A stretch of DNA of 64,000 bases from NCBI GenBank assembly GCA_028534125.1, contig CM052817.1, positions 3,226,001 to 3,290,000 of the forward strand. Direction: 5' to 3'. Below the pieces are notes generated by a model, which was not told where the DNA came from, ran no database searches, and saw nothing but the letters and a program-made list of their open reading frames with translations. How positions within the stretch are numbered: position 1 is the first letter of the stretch; each line of letters starts with the position of its first letter. Positions 25,870 to 39,100 of the stretch are shown one piece after another. Source of the stretch: Lama glama. Its lineage: Eukaryota. The translations under genes and the position numbers were made by a program.

Positions 25870-26130
25870 AGGCAGTTTGGTGAAATGGCAAGATCATAGC
25901 CTTTGTCATCAGACATCTACTGATTCAAAACCAGCTATGCCCCTCACTGAGCTGTGTGATCTAGGGCAATTTACTTACCCTCTCTGGGCTTCAGTCTTGA
26001 GATCTGTAAAGCTGGGAATACTACTACTTTCATTCCAAAGTTCTTTTGTGTATTAGAATTAACGTTTGTGAACAGTTTAATATCATGCTGAGAACATACA
26101 TGGCAGCCAACTGTAAAAGTGGCTACATCA
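25870..26130 (+). mobile_element. MIR SINE
   Basis: gagctgtgtgatctagggcaatttacttaccctctctgggcttcagt...atctgtaaa. Confidence 0.75.
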
Positions 26131-27064
26131 TCATTATCTAAATCACCAACTATTTTGAAGCCATTAAGATGATGCTTACAAAGAATTCTCTTCAATTCTT
26201 AATAATTTCACCTCATATGATGAAAATTTAGAGTGTGAAAGTTTCTCAGCTACATCACAAAGATTCATAGAAAAAAGACAAGAAGGAAATACATCAAACT
26301 ATCACAAGAGGCTGTCTCTAGGTGGCGGGTTTCCGGGTATGACACCATTTTCAGTGTTCGAATTGTCTGCAGTGAGCAAACACGACTGCAGAGGGACGTG
26401 TAGGACTCAGCCGCTGGGTGGGTGTCTGGCAGGAGTCCACGCTGAGCGCAGGAGGGCCTGGCTGGGGCTCGCAACCAAGTGCCACAGAGGCTTGGTTGGG
26501 TCAGCACCATGGACAGCGCCCAGGGCCGCCGGGGCCCTGGTCAGCGTGGCCTCCTGGCTGGGGAGATTTGCTGGGTCTCAGGTGACCGGCCAGCCACCAT
26601 TGGGCGGGCTCCCCCCTCCCCCGCCACAGCAGGTGCTCCTGCCTCTCAGATGTCATGCCAGCCAAGAAGATGACCTGTGCTTTGTTTTTTTTTAGGATGG
26701 AGTCTGCTATGGTCTTTGATGGAAAGATCCCTGACTTTGGTTTAACGTTCTGTTTTAAACATACCAGTAACACAAGCAATGAGGTGAACAGAAGCTCACA
26801 CTGCCAGAATTCCTATTTCCTCATATCCTGGTCAGACTGGATCATAGTTGCTAACTTTGCTTTTTCCAATGTAAGAAGTAAAAAGGGCATCTAATTTTTC
26901 GGCTGCTTTTCATTTTAATAAACAACTTTTCATATGCTTATTAAAACTTGTATTAAATATGTTATTTTTCTGTACATTGCTTCTTAAATATCTTTTTCCC
27001 TTCTTCCTTAAAAAAATTCTTAATGTAATTTTAAAAAAAATAGTTAAGGACACAGGAAAGCCAA

Positions 27065-27250
27065 AAGGCTTTGGTGTCAGACAGATCTAGGTTCAAATCT
27101 CAGGTCCGCTCTCTCTCACTGGATAAACCTGGGCAAATCTCGTCCCTGAGCCTCAGTTTCCTCATCTGTATAATGGGAATATATCTCCCTTATAAGGCTA
27201 TCTTAAAATTTGAGTGTAAAACAATGAATTACCACCCAGCACATAGTTAT
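27065..27250 (+). mobile_element. MIR SINE
   Basis: gtcagacagatctaggttcaaatct...ctgagcctcagtttcctcatctgtataatggg. Confidence 0.85.
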
Positions 27251-27779
27251 TATTATAATTTGGAAGTGTCTCCCACTAAAACTGGCCCATAGGTCTCTAA
27301 TTTCTACACAATGCAAGTAATTCTCCCTCCTCAGAGTTTGAGATCCATGCTTTTGTCACACTCAGCCACCTGCCCCAGACACATTCCCCCAAGCCCCACT
27401 ATTGTGTCGGGGCATCTGCTGCTGCCCCAAATAGCCCCCGACAGATGGATGCTAGAGACGGTCAGCTCCTCTCTGAGACTTTCTATGGGAGAAATTTAAA
27501 AGATCAAGAAATAATTTTGCAAAGAAGTGGGTAAATACACAAAGCCATCTCTATCAGATGAAAAAAGGATTGCTTGTCTACTTGTATAGAAAATGACAAG
27601 TTAAACCCACATGCCATGAACTGGAAGGGTCTGCGTTAAGCTTAGGTTTTGGCTGCACAGCCCACAGGGTGAACTGGTTTAATTGAACACCCATTTCCAT
27701 ACCTTCATAAGCACAGACATCTAACTGCATATTCCCACCTCCCTGCCTCTGCCCACCCACTCCCCCTCATCTGGAATCA

Positions 27780-28060
27780 TGCCACTCTGCTCCTGCATGA
27801 ACAAATCATACCCAAGTCTTACTAGGAACACAGTTGCCTCCTCTTCCAGGAAATCTTCCTGGACCCCTCCAGGTGGAAGGGATCTTGACCTACGATCCCC
27901 TGGCACTTTGTGTCTGCATGTTCTGGGCATCCCAGACCTGCATCAGTTTGTCCCCCGCAACTAGAAGGTGAGCTCCCCAAGACAGGCTGTGCCTCATTCA
28001 CCTCCACACATTCGATGCTTCACACAAGGCTCGGGGCAGAACACGTGCTCTCCACGTGCA
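27780..28060 (+). mobile_element. L2 fragment
   Basis: cctcctcttccaggaaatcttcctggaccc...actagaaggtgagctcccc. Confidence 0.6.
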
Positions 28061-28734
28061 TCCTACTGAGGGCCGGCATGATGTGTAAGACCTAACGAGA
28101 AGCCTGGCCCATTGCTTACTGGCCTTGTGGCTTCAGGGATGCTTGAGGCAGTCCTAAAAGATGAGTAGAACCTGAGAGAGCACCCTGAGGAGGTTGAAAG
28201 AATCAATAATAGTGTCTTCAGCTTGGCACCTCTACATATGAGAAAATAAGTTCTCTGGGTTGCATTCCACTCAGCTATACTACGGGGATAACAACTCCCA
28301 CTCCCAAATGTTGTGTGAATGTAATGAACTTACACGTGTGTGGGTACAGGTGTGGAGGTGGCCCAGGGATTTTGTAGGCACTTAGTATGTGGTCGCTATT
28401 ATAAAGTTTAAAAATAATCACAATGATCCAAGTAAACATTAAAACCCCCAGGCACCATTATTCACGATGGGCCAGGCAGAGAGGAAGGGAACTGCTCACT
28501 GAGGGGACACAAAAGGATGCGACGTCATCTAGGAAGCCCCGTGGGGGGCGAGTGAGGGGTTGGGGGTGGTGTCATGGGGAGCCGGGAAGGGACGGCTGGG
28601 CCTGATCGGGCTCTGTGAGATAGGCTTACATCCCGTACACAGAAATGTAAGGTTTAAATCATCAGCATTTTCCAGTATGAGGCTGAGCAGGATTCCAGAC
28701 CTGGTGGAAGCTTCAGGACCGAAAACGCCACTTA

Positions 28735-28850
28735 TTCCTCGTTACAGATGGTGAAACCCAGTCCCAGAGAGGCTGCATGTCTTGCCCAAGGCCATCGTCC
28801 AGTCCCGGAGCTGGAACTGGAACCCAGCTGGTCTGCCCGGCTCTCAGGCA
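28735..28850 (-). mobile_element. MIR SINE fragment
   Basis: ttacagatggtgaaacccagtcccagagagg...cttgcccaaggcca. Confidence 0.7.
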
Positions 28851-29093
28851 CCCAGCACTCATTCTCAGCTCTGTTTGCCTTTAGTTACACTTCAGATGTA
28901 GGAGGAACGAAACACTCCCTTGAGCATATGATCAAAATTAAGAAAACTCATCAACCGACTCGAGCTGAGCAGGACAAATTAACTGGAAGTAATTGTGATG
29001 GATAATTTGGTCATAATTCACATGGGCACACATGAGCTTCTGGCAGTTCACTGAAAAGCTTTTAAAGTCCTTTAGGTCAAGAGCCCCTTCGTT

Positions 29094-29236
29094 TGTCTGC
29101 CCACCTGACTTCACCTGTCTGTCCATCCTCCTTCATCCATATGCCCACCTGACTTCACCCGTATGCCACCTAAGTTTACCTATATGCCCACCTGAGCTCA
29201 TCTGTATATTCACCTGACTTCACCTGTCTGCCCACC
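29094..29236. repeat. ~22-bp degenerate minisatellite, ~6 copies
   Basis: Consensus near GCCCACCTGACTTCACCTGTAT. Confidence 0.85.
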
Positions 29237-30469
29237 AGAAAGCTGATACCAGGAGATGTAAGGTGCCCTGTCTCTAAGGCACCCAGTCCTCCTTACTTAC
29301 ACACCTGTCACCTCCCCCCTCCCCTTTCTGCTCTAGACAAATGTTATGATCTCCTACCTGCCTGGCCCCTCCAGCTGCTTGAGCCGGCAGTCTCCTGCTG
29401 TCCATGACAGTTTCTACCCTGGTGACCCACGCCCTTCTGCTCAGACATTTGCTCCATCTCCGAGATTCTGCATTCACTCTCCACCCCTCTGCAACCACAC
29501 CTTACAAATGTATCCCACTGTCATCACTTCCCAGATAAGTAGGCCTTTGAACACAAGCTCTTTGGGTCTTTTTCTGGCTGACTCCTATTCATCCCTCACA
29601 GCCCAGTGCAAAGGTGACCGCTGTAGTAAGATGCACCATCGGCTGGATCCGCCCCCTCCTTGCTTACACAGTGCTTGGCTCCCGCAGGCACTCAGCGGCT
29701 CTTCTCATCTGATTGGCCCCCTCCTGTGCTTTATTTGGCTAAATCCAAGGAGAAGTTAATATTAAGTGACAGAATCAATTCATTTTTTAAAGAAGGTCTT
29801 CCAAAAAATGATTACTGAAAGTAAGCTCATATTTTTAGAATGAAATTACCCATGAATAGATTCTAGACTGTCTGATGACCACATGCAGGGAACCAGTTCT
29901 TCCCAGTGACTCACGGGGCCTGAAAACACCATTTCTCTTTGTGGCTACAGTGTTTCAGCTGAGCCCGTGGCTTGGTCAGAAAGGAGAACGTGGGGTGGTC
30001 CTCTCTCTGGTGCCGACTAACGCTCTTTCCAGGGACAATGTCCTGATGTTGGGAACTCACCGCCGTCCTTCCCAGCTCAGCCGCATCCTAGCACGGCTGG
30101 GCACCAGTCATTAGAACCTTGTTTGTTCATTGAGATGTGACCCCCTCCCCCCTCCGAAGCGTGACAGTCTCCACTTCATCAATTCACAAGCCAACGGAGC
30201 TTTTCAAAAAACTAGTTTCTCAATTATGAAGTCAGATCATTCATTTGTCAAATTACTGAGCAGAAACAGAAACATCAGATAATTCACCTGTCTCACCGCA
30301 CTGTCAACACTGGGCCACAAACACCTCAGCCGTCAGACATGGGCGCCTGCCCGATTCAGCTAGGAAAGCAGAGGGCGAGAGCAGCACAGGCTCGTCCTCC
30401 CTAAGAGGACACGGGGACCCCCGGGTCACACCACCGGCTGAGCAGGAGCGAGACGTGCCGTCCGGCCCG

Positions 30470-30920
30470 GACGCGCCTGTGTGACTGAGGAACCGTGGGT
30501 TTTCATTTAGCTTAATTGTAATTGACTTAAATTTAATTTTTAAAACTGGTACTCGATTCGGTTATTGCAAAACTCAAGTATCTTTGGAGCCAACCTGGGC
30601 ATGCGAGTCTGCCCGTTCAGCTGGCAGCGTTATGAGCTCTAAATACAGATCCAGCACTTTCAGGGAAAATTTAGAGGCTGAACTGAGATGTGCTGTCAGG
30701 ATAAAATACGAACTGGGTTTCATAGACTTAGTGTGAAAAAAGAGTGTAAAGGATCTCCTTGGTTATTTTTACATCAGTTATTCATTGACATGACAATATT
30801 GGCGTCAATAAAATGTACTATTAAAATCAACTTTACTGTTTTTCCTTACTTTTTGTGTGTGGCTAGTAGAAATTTGAAATTTCATATATGGCTCGCATGG
30901 TATGTCTGTGGATCGACTGG
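30470..30920 (-). mobile_element. hAT-Charlie DNA transposon relic, Charlie1/MER33-like
   Basis: gtgactgaggaac, gaactgagatgtgctgt, gacttagtgtgaaaaaa, gtggctagtagaaatttgaaatttcatatatggctcgcat. Confidence 0.8.
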
Positions 30921-33329
30921 CAAAGAACTGGGAGGGGGAAGAGCGGATGGAACCTTCCTTTAATGAGAGCGCGGCTGAGGCAGGCTCTAGGGACCGGCTC
31001 CCCCTCTGGGGTCTCCGGTGGCGCCCCGGGCTCCTGCCTCCAGCCCCAGGACCTGCACTGTGTGACATCACACCCGGTCCCCTCTGTCTTCTGTCTCTGT
31101 CTCACCATCTCCTCCGTTTGAAGGTCAGGCAGCAGGACTCTCAAAACATCTGAAAGGTGCACGGCGGGTCAGCCCGGGCCAGGAAAAGAGCCATGATGGT
31201 CAAGAGACAGCTGTTTCTCCATCAGAGAAGGGCTGGTGTGAAGCTAAGAAGGGTTAGCAGACCAAGAAGCCTTGCAGGACTGGAGCATTCGCTCAAGGCA
31301 CCCTCGAGGACAACCAGCATCTTTCACACGAACACAGCCAACTCCTTGGAGTCACTCAGCAAAGCTACAGGTCCTCTCGCAGATGTGGGCTGACCTTTAA
31401 AAGCCCTGAGCTAGGGGAAAAGGATCCTTCTGCCTCCTTGGTAAGTGCCACCCTCCCTCCCATTGCTTCCCCTCCTTTAATGAGTCACAGCCCCAGCTGC
31501 TCCCCGGCCCTGCCATCCGCACCCTACACGGCGTCAGGACGGGCAGGAAATGTCGTGACATTCAATTGTGGCCAGGGCAGGGGACTGGAGGGAGAATTTC
31601 ATCTCACTCTTTAAGGCTGAGTACAAGCAACCCCCTATGTTCTAAGGGAAGACACGCATTTGGCTCTAAATGCACAAGTTTAGCTGGTGTTCCCGGGCAG
31701 GACCCCGCGTCCTTGGGTGCGCCTCTGCGATGGGGAGGCCGGTCACCAAGGTCATCTGCGGGGAGAAGGACGGCACAGCCCCCCGCTGCGTCCTGCCACT
31801 GGCGCTGTGAAGGAAAACAGAACAGAGTCCACCCCGGGGGCTCATGCTCGAGCTTCAGGAAGACCGCTGAGACCAGGGAAACACACAAGCAGATCTCTGG
31901 AGCCGCGAACGAGGAGCCCGCCAACACGAAGGGCTGACGGCAGGGACACGAGCACCCGCAGATGGTCCTGGCAGCAACCCCCATGGACACTGAGGGCCGG
32001 CTGTAATTTCCAAGAGCAACGAGCACTTTGAAGAAAATGGAGGAACAGAAAAGGGCTGGAGAGGAACTGGGGGAGAGGAGGGGGCCCTTTCAGATAGCTT
32101 TCTGAGAGGGGGATGCTGGGGAAGAGACAGGAAGAGGGCCAAGGACGGAGGCGAGTGAGGACCTCTGGGGTGGCGCACCCTGGGCAGAGGGGGTGCGCTG
32201 CAGGAACGAGCCTGTGCTTCCGGGCACAGCCAGGAGGCCACGGGGCCACAGTGAGCATGGGGCGACGGCCCTCGGGGCCAGGACAGCAGGCTGAAAGTCA
32301 TCCGTGTGTGTCAGTTAAGGGTTCAGAAGCCTGAAGCCACTGGGGTGACTCTCTGCCCTACAGAGACCAGGAAGCTTGCAACTGTCGGGGGCGCCGGCAT
32401 CCAGCCTCCCAGCCGATTCTTCGCGGGAAGACTTTCCTTTGTCCTCGGAATTCCTTGAGGCTGGGGAAGGGGTGTGTCAACCAGAAACTACTAGAACTCT
32501 GTTTATGCTTATTTGACCTGAAAAATAAGGAAGACGTTAGCGTTCCTCTTGACTGGGTTGACAATGGCTCCCCAACTCTAACTGCCTTGTCGCAGGGGTG
32601 ACCGAGGTCTTACCACTGTGACCTGCTGGCCTGCCATGCAGTGTCCCCGGAGTTTAATTTCATAAGACAACACCCTTCGATAGAAGACTTTTGTAATGAG
32701 CGGAGAGCTTGTCAGCTCGCCGGAGTCGGACGAGTAGCTCATAAACGAGGGGCTTTCAAGATCCGTTGAACTTGAAGACGAATTCTGCATTTTCCTTTTA
32801 CCAAAAGACACAAGCTCCAAATGGGGACGGAAGGCAGGGTGTTAACGCTCGTGGGCTACCTGGCTCATGTTTTCAAAATGAATCAACACGTGCAACGTGT
32901 CCCCTCAAATCAAGAGCTGCTTTCACAGTGAGAAACCCTTCCTTTCCAAAGAGGCTGAGACTGCGAAGGGAGCACTTTGAAAATGGCTATTTGGCCGTCT
33001 TTCCAGTGTTGTGAAATGATGTGCATCACTTCTGAAATCTCTCAAATGTGCGGGCCTTAAACTCGTGGAAACAAAAATACTTCGTCTGTTTGAAAACCTT
33101 CCAAAGGGGCTCAGTGTGTGTTCGAGCCCGTCTGTTAAAGGTACTACACATGCAGCACTTCTCCGCGAGTTTGCTGTGCAGCGGGAGGAAGAGACGTCTG
33201 CCCCCTGCTCCGGGGAGAACCACACTCTGGCTTCCCCTTGTTGTTAGGACGACCCCCGCTCCCAACCCCATCGACGTCCCAGGAGAGCAGGGACCAACGG
33301 TGAACCACGTCAACCCAGGCCCTGCTCTC

Positions 33330-33720
33330 TGGGAGCACACGGGCTGGAGGAGGACACAGGAAAGAGCTCACTGTCCCGTCAAGAGACAGAACAGAAGGTG
33401 GGTCCACAGGGATCCTGCAGGGCCCCCCGGGAGGCCAGGTCTGGCCGGGCTCCGGGAGGCTGCCTGGAGAAAGCAGTTGTTTCAAGAGAGGAGCTGAAGG
33501 TGTGCAGAGGGAGCTAAGAGGGGGTGCACAGGGCTCCCAGCCCCCGTGCAGGCCTGACACGGTCAAGGCCTTGACTGAAGGGCAGAGACCAGAGCTCAGA
33601 GAGGAGCAGACAGGAGGGATGAGGCCTCGGAGAGGGTGGGGCTCGAGCGTGGCTCTGGGGAGAGATGGGAGCCACTGCAGGGTCTCCAGCCCGGGAGAGA
33701 CAGGCGATCAGACCTGCACC
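33330..33720 (-). mobile_element. L2 fragment
   Basis: gggaggctgcctggagaa and gatgggagccactgcagggtctccagccgggagagacaggcgatcagacctgca. Confidence 0.55.
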
Positions 33721-36519
33721 TGAACCTGTGAACGCACACCGCCAAGTCCCTCCAGCTCTGGTCTCTGCCCTTCAGTCAAGGGCTCCCAGCTCGCGAGGCA
33801 TCCTCACCGCACCGAGTGAGGGAGGCTGGGAAACCACCGCACCCGCCAAAGAGCAGTTAAGGGACAGTCCGTCACTGCGCAGGGCTTGGCAGGTCCCGGG
33901 AAGCCAAGTAGCTGGACTTGTTAACAGGGCACGTTTGTCCTTTCCAACACCGATGAGGACCCCCAGGATTAGCACTGAGGGGTCTGTAACTTAACGCTGC
34001 AGCACCCTTTGGGGCCGAGGCTTTGACATGGTCCGCCCTGGGGGCCATTTCCCTCACGACGTGTCCCCCTGGCACAGACCCCGGAGCTCTCAGCCTAGTC
34101 CCCTCCCGCAGCCCCGCCACCCCCATCCCCTCGCTCACTCTGACCGTCTCTCTCCGTGTCCTGTTCTCTGTCCAGCTCACACTGGGCTGCTCTGATGGTC
34201 CCAGTGTCTCCCGTCTCATCCATCTCAGAGGTCACCCCGGCCACCTGCACGGGCCCAGTGCAGAGCTGCGGTCAGTAAGCCTGGGGATGAGTGCCAGTTC
34301 CCAGCCAGGCTGGTCCAGGGACCTGCCACGTTGTCTCCCACCTCTGTGCCTTTGCCCTGGTCACTCCAACCCCCGAGATGCCTTCCCCTTACTCCCCTCC
34401 TGGTTAAGCCTCCTCCTTCATGGACCTGCTTAAAGGTGGTCTTTCAAGGCCTCTCCAGCCAGCAAAGACCTGTGCTGCCGCCTGCCTCTCCTGAGGCTGG
34501 GCCTGGATCTGGCCCACCTCTGTGTCCGCAGCACCCAGCCCTAGGCCCAGAGGTGATGCGCAGAGCACATTTGTTTGAAAAAAAAACTAGAAGAACAAAT
34601 ATTGCAAAAGTTCCTTGCCATTCTATCTGCTTCTTGAACAAACAGGCTTCATTATTTTAATAAACACAAGAGGCTCCAGCTCGGGAGATGGGGACAGCTT
34701 GGCAAGATGCTCATTAAAGCTGCAAGTGGAGATTTCCATGGAAAGCCACTCCCGGCCTTGCCTCTGAAGTCTCTCTGGGCTGCCTTGGGATGAAAAGGGG
34801 TGGCCGGCACCCGGGGGGGACACAGCCCTTCCTCCCAGCCAGGCTGAACACACCGCAAATAAACTTCCTGCGTTGTTCTCTCAAACTAATATCTACCCGG
34901 AATTTTGCTCTCATATCACTGCCCGTCCTCCCCGCCCCCGCCCACATTGGAAGCTAGACTGCGGCTTCCCACACTAATGAGAACCTCCCCTCCGGGAGGA
35001 AAGCTGGAGCTTCCTGGAGACCAGAGGTTTGGTGCCAAATCACGGCAGCTGTCGTCCGGCACGAAGGAAAAAGGACTAGACTGGTGCCAGAAAGCCGCTG
35101 TCCAAGTCACGGCGCCTCTCGGCTTGCTGTCTGCTCCCCTGTATCCCCAGGGCCCCCCTGCCTTCCCCGTCTTCAGTAAAGGAGGGCCAACCCACAAGGC
35201 GGTGGGGGGGCTGAATCACTTCCCTCTGACAGCAGTGCGCAGTGGGGGGCATGGAAGGGCCCACTGACTTCCTGGTGGTGCCCACGAGCCTGCACAGGAG
35301 GCTGGGCCTCAGAGGAGGAGACCAAGGTGGGTTACTGAGTTGGTGACAGCCTACCGCAGTGGGCATCGAAGGAGCCGGGTCTCAGAGTACCTGCAGCGCC
35401 TGCAGATGGGCCGGGCTCCCCATGGTGGAGACGCACGCTCAGTGCCCGCCTGTCCCCGGGCTCTACCGGCCGCTGCTTTATGGGCCCATAAATCGGGATG
35501 CCACAGGAGGCAGGCCCGCTTCTGATCCATTATTCACTGCCAGCCCCTCCACAGTCATTATTTTGAAACCCAAAATAATGAATTTCCTCACTCCCTCTGC
35601 CCGGCTTTATCAGTGACACCTTAGGCCAGTGAATTAGCATTTGGAGCCAGGGTCGGAGTGGGAGGGCCCGGTCTCGTCCCCTGCAGAAGCAGACGGTGCC
35701 CCACCCTCCTGGAAACAAGCTGTCTGCTCTAGTCCCTGGCCGGCAGAGCTGAAGGACAAAGCACCTTGTCCCCCCAGCCCCACTAACAGATCGCCCCAAT
35801 TGTCTTCAAAAGCCGTGTCCATCAGGGTGGGGACGGGAGGGTCCAGAGTGGCCGCGCCCATCCAGAGGCTCAGAAGGACAACTGACTTGGGTTGAAAGCT
35901 GTTCAACGGCACCTCCGATTTCTGAGCTACTCTGTGTCATCCATCACCAGACCCCCCGCCACCCCCCAGCTCCCGCTCCCGCTCCCGGGGGCAGAGTGCC
36001 TCGTCCCCCACGGGATGGGCCTGAGAAAGTCAAAATGACCTTGAGGAGCCATCAACAATCTCCACAAAAGGAGGAGCATCCTGTCGTGCGTGCAAGACAC
36101 ACAGATTCTCCAAATGGAGTCCTCTATCTGTCCACACACCTCTGAGTCCACGTGCTGCAGACGCATGCGGTCCTGAGAGCACGTACACACATGCACGTGT
36201 CTGACACGTGCGGTGATGGACAGGATGCAATAAAGATCCTTCTGCAAAATAAAACCTTCCAGCGTTGGTTCCTTAAGCTCCAGCCTCATACTCAGCAGGT
36301 GGAGGCTCCCAGTGTGACAGTCACCCTGGGGAGGCTCCGAGAGCAGACGCTCAGGGTGGCACCTCACCGTGTCCGGGGCACCTGTCCCCTGGAGCCGTGG
36401 TGGGCAGACCCCATGCTGTGTCACACTCGGTCTCAGCACCCCCATCCCTTCCCATGGCACACGCTTGGGTTCCTGTGGGTGAAACACGTGGACAAGGCCA
36501 CCTGCCTGTGTTGTCACAC

Positions 36520-36645
36520 TTCTCCCCATCTTGCAGAGAAGTAAACGGAGGCCCAGAGGGACCGTGTGGACACCATGCCCAAGGTCACACAGCTGGGAAG
36601 TGGCAGAGCCCATCCTAGCCCGGGACTCCACGTCTGCTCCCCTCA
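36520..36645 (-). mobile_element. MIR SINE fragment
   Basis: ccccatcttgcagagaagtaaacggaggcccagag...tgcccaaggtcacacagct. Confidence 0.75.
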
Positions 36646-36779
36646 CAGTTCCCAGGTCCTCTAAGGGCCCACGTGCTTCCCTCGGTGGCCTCCGGGGTTC
36701 AGCTGCCACTCCAGGACCTGATCTGGAAGCACTAAGAGGAGGGAACGAGGGACGTGGGACATGCCTGGGATGTGACTCC

Positions 36780-37058
36780 AGAGCCTGAGAAGGGGCGCTG
36801 CGGCCACCAGGTGCGCGCATCCCAGCAGCCGTGATGCAGGATGAAATAAAAACACTAGTGTTTCTTTCAATTTATGTGTATTTTAAAAACCTGATTGCTG
36901 TGTTATCAGGACATGGATACTTCTAAGCTGTTTGGCCCTAACTATTTAATAAATAGAACTTTTCGGGTTTGGGGGTCTTGTTCTGGTCTAGGTGTGCTGT
37001 GAAGCCACGACTGAGACATTCAGTGCACCACGAGCTGAGAAGATTTGGGAAACTCTGG
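36780..37058. mobile_element. hAT-Charlie relic, Charlie4-like
   Basis: AT-rich interior with terminal gagctgagaagatttgggaaactctg resembling a hAT terminal repeat. Confidence 0.5.
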
Positions 37059-37117
37059 GACCATGGGGAAAAATTCTGGGTTGCCTAGCACTCTAATTTG
37101 GTTTCTAATATTACTCT

Positions 37118-37268
37118 TTTTCTCTGTTTGTTTGTTTTATATTTTAAGGGGGAGATAATTAGGTTTTTATTTATTTATTTATTTTTCAATGGAGGTACTG
37201 GGGCTTGAACCCAGGACCTCGTGCATGCTAAGCATGTGCTCTACCACTAAGCTATACCCTCCGCCCCC
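37118..37268 (-). mobile_element. Camelid-type tRNA-derived SINE
   Basis: Reverse complement GGAGGGTATAGCTTAGTGGTAGAGCACATGCTTAGCATGCACGAGGTCCTGGGTTCAAGCCCCAGTACCTCC plus A-rich tail; degenerate TSD taatattactct/taatatcattct. Confidence 0.9.
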
Positions 37269-37270
37269 TT

Positions 37271-38292
37271 TAATATCATTCTCTAATAAAAGGAACTGGG
37301 ACATCTCGGAGAAACGGCTGATTCTAGGATTAGAGTGGGAAATATACAAGGTGAGCGTGGAGGGTCCTGGAGAACCAGGAAGTAAGGATGTGCTGAGCAC
37401 AAAAATCACAACGATGGGAGTGTCAACGGTACACGGGAGCCAACTGGAAGAGCTCCCGATGGCCACACCTGGGACCATCCGAGCCACAAAGTCAAGCAGT
37501 ATGGGGCTATAACCCAGAAGATAAAATAAATGTTCATGCTCCATCCTCATATGAATAGTCGATGGAATAAATAAATGGGGGAGAAGACACAGATCTCTGT
37601 GAAGAAGAGTGCTAAGTAATTTATGGAGACCTTGTGCCCCCAAGGAGTGGGGGCATAACTCCCCATGCCCCCTTAAGTGTGAGCTGCCCACAGTGACTTC
37701 CTTCCAAACAGGACAGGATGGAAAGAGAGCAAAAAACAAAGAGGAACTTGAGAGTCGAGAAACCCGAAAACCACCGCCTCGTCCAGGTGATCGAAGTCAA
37801 AGCCCCGTGGTGTCTTGTGGGCAGTATCAACTCTGACTTGCCGTTGGGGAGGGGCACTGTACCTCGGTGCTCTTCCTCCCCAAGGCCCATAACCCAAGGC
37901 TAACCCGGAAAAACATCAAACAAATCCTAGTTGAGGGACAGTCTGAAAACAAACAGTCCTATTCGGAAATGTCGAGATCATTAAAAACAAGAGAAGTCTG
38001 AGAACCTGTCACTCTCCTGAAGAATGTAAGGAGACAGGACAACTAAACACAATGTGGTGTCCTGGGTGGGATCCTGGGCAGAATAAGGACATAAGTAAAA
38101 ACCGAGGATGCCTGAAAACAGTGTGGTTTCGTTAATCATGTGCGTCAGTACTTAGCTGTGACCAACAGACCATACTGACACGTGAGATTACCAACCAGGG
38201 AAACGGGGTGTGAGGCCCATAGACACTCTGTACTATCTTTGCACTTTATCTGTGAATCTAAAGCTGTTACAAATTGAAAACTTAAAAAAAAA
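37271..38292 (+). mobile_element. Old L1 3' UTR, L1MC-like
   Basis: ggagaaacggctgattctagg, gagccaactggaagagctccc, cttaagtgtgagctg, ctctgtactatctttgcac...tctgtgaatctaaa and an A tail. Confidence 0.8.
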
Positions 38293-38724
38293 GACACTTG
38301 AAAAATAAATACAGGTGTTGAAGTCAGTAGATCTGTGTCCAAGTCTTAGCTCAGGTGCTTCTGAGCTGAGGGCCGAGAAAGCTAGCCCCTACGAGACATC
38401 CACGGGCGCCGGGGCTCCCTGTCTCCCTCGGGGCAAGCGGGGCTGTGTGACTGGCTGGAGCCAACTGGCCGAGAAACAGCATGTGTGTCGCTGTCTGGCT
38501 GAGGGAGCCAAGAGCCAAATGGCCTCGGGCTTCCTGAGTGAGGAATGGATTTGTGTTGAACAACTGACACGTGGAGATTTGTCTGCACAGCAGTCGGTGT
38601 GAATTACTCCAACTCTACCCAGCTGTGCGAACTCTGCTGGTCATTTTTCTCACTAGTAAAGTGGTGGCAAAGATAGGAAGGTCAGGAGGCGCACAGTAGG
38701 CTCAGGAAATGGTAACTGTGATGG

Positions 38725-39100
38725 TCACCACTGTCTTCACTACCATCATCTTTATCACAATCACTATCTTCAACAGCAGCATGACCATCATCTTCCTCAT
38801 CATCCTAATCATCCTATTCCCACCATCATCTTCATCATTATCCCAGTTCCTTCATCATCTTCCTCATATTCTTTATCATCACCACCATTATCATCACCAT
38901 CATCATCATCATCACCACCATCATCACCATCACCATCACCACCACCACCAGCATCATCACCACCATCATCACCATCATCATCATCACCATCATTATCATC
39001 ATTATCACAATTCCCCCTCCTCATCCTCTTCACCTTCATCTTCATCTTCATCATCACCCTCATCACAACACTGTCCTCTCCATCACCACCATCATCACTT
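38725..39100. repeat. (CAT/CAC/CTT)n compound triplet repeat
   Basis: ~375 bp of catcat/caccac/cttcat directly after a MIR-like 3' end (~38600-38720). Confidence 0.95.

Noticed and set aside
29094..29236. CRISPR-like spacing in tandem arrays (also 8122-8241 and 58580-58800)
   Set aside because: Eukaryotic DNA; the units are contiguous and degenerate with no unique spacers or cas genes.
35927..36820. Longest gap-free ORF (297 aa, minus strand)
   Set aside because: Runs through a MIR and a probable hAT boundary, shows no recognisable domain, and long ORFs are expected in GC-rich DNA.
36798..36820. CTCF-like motif GGCCACCAGGTGCGC (similar near 8580, 11692 and 15305)
   Set aside because: Each deviates from the core spacing or sequence, and near-matches are common at this GC content; not callable without a PWM scan or ChIP data.
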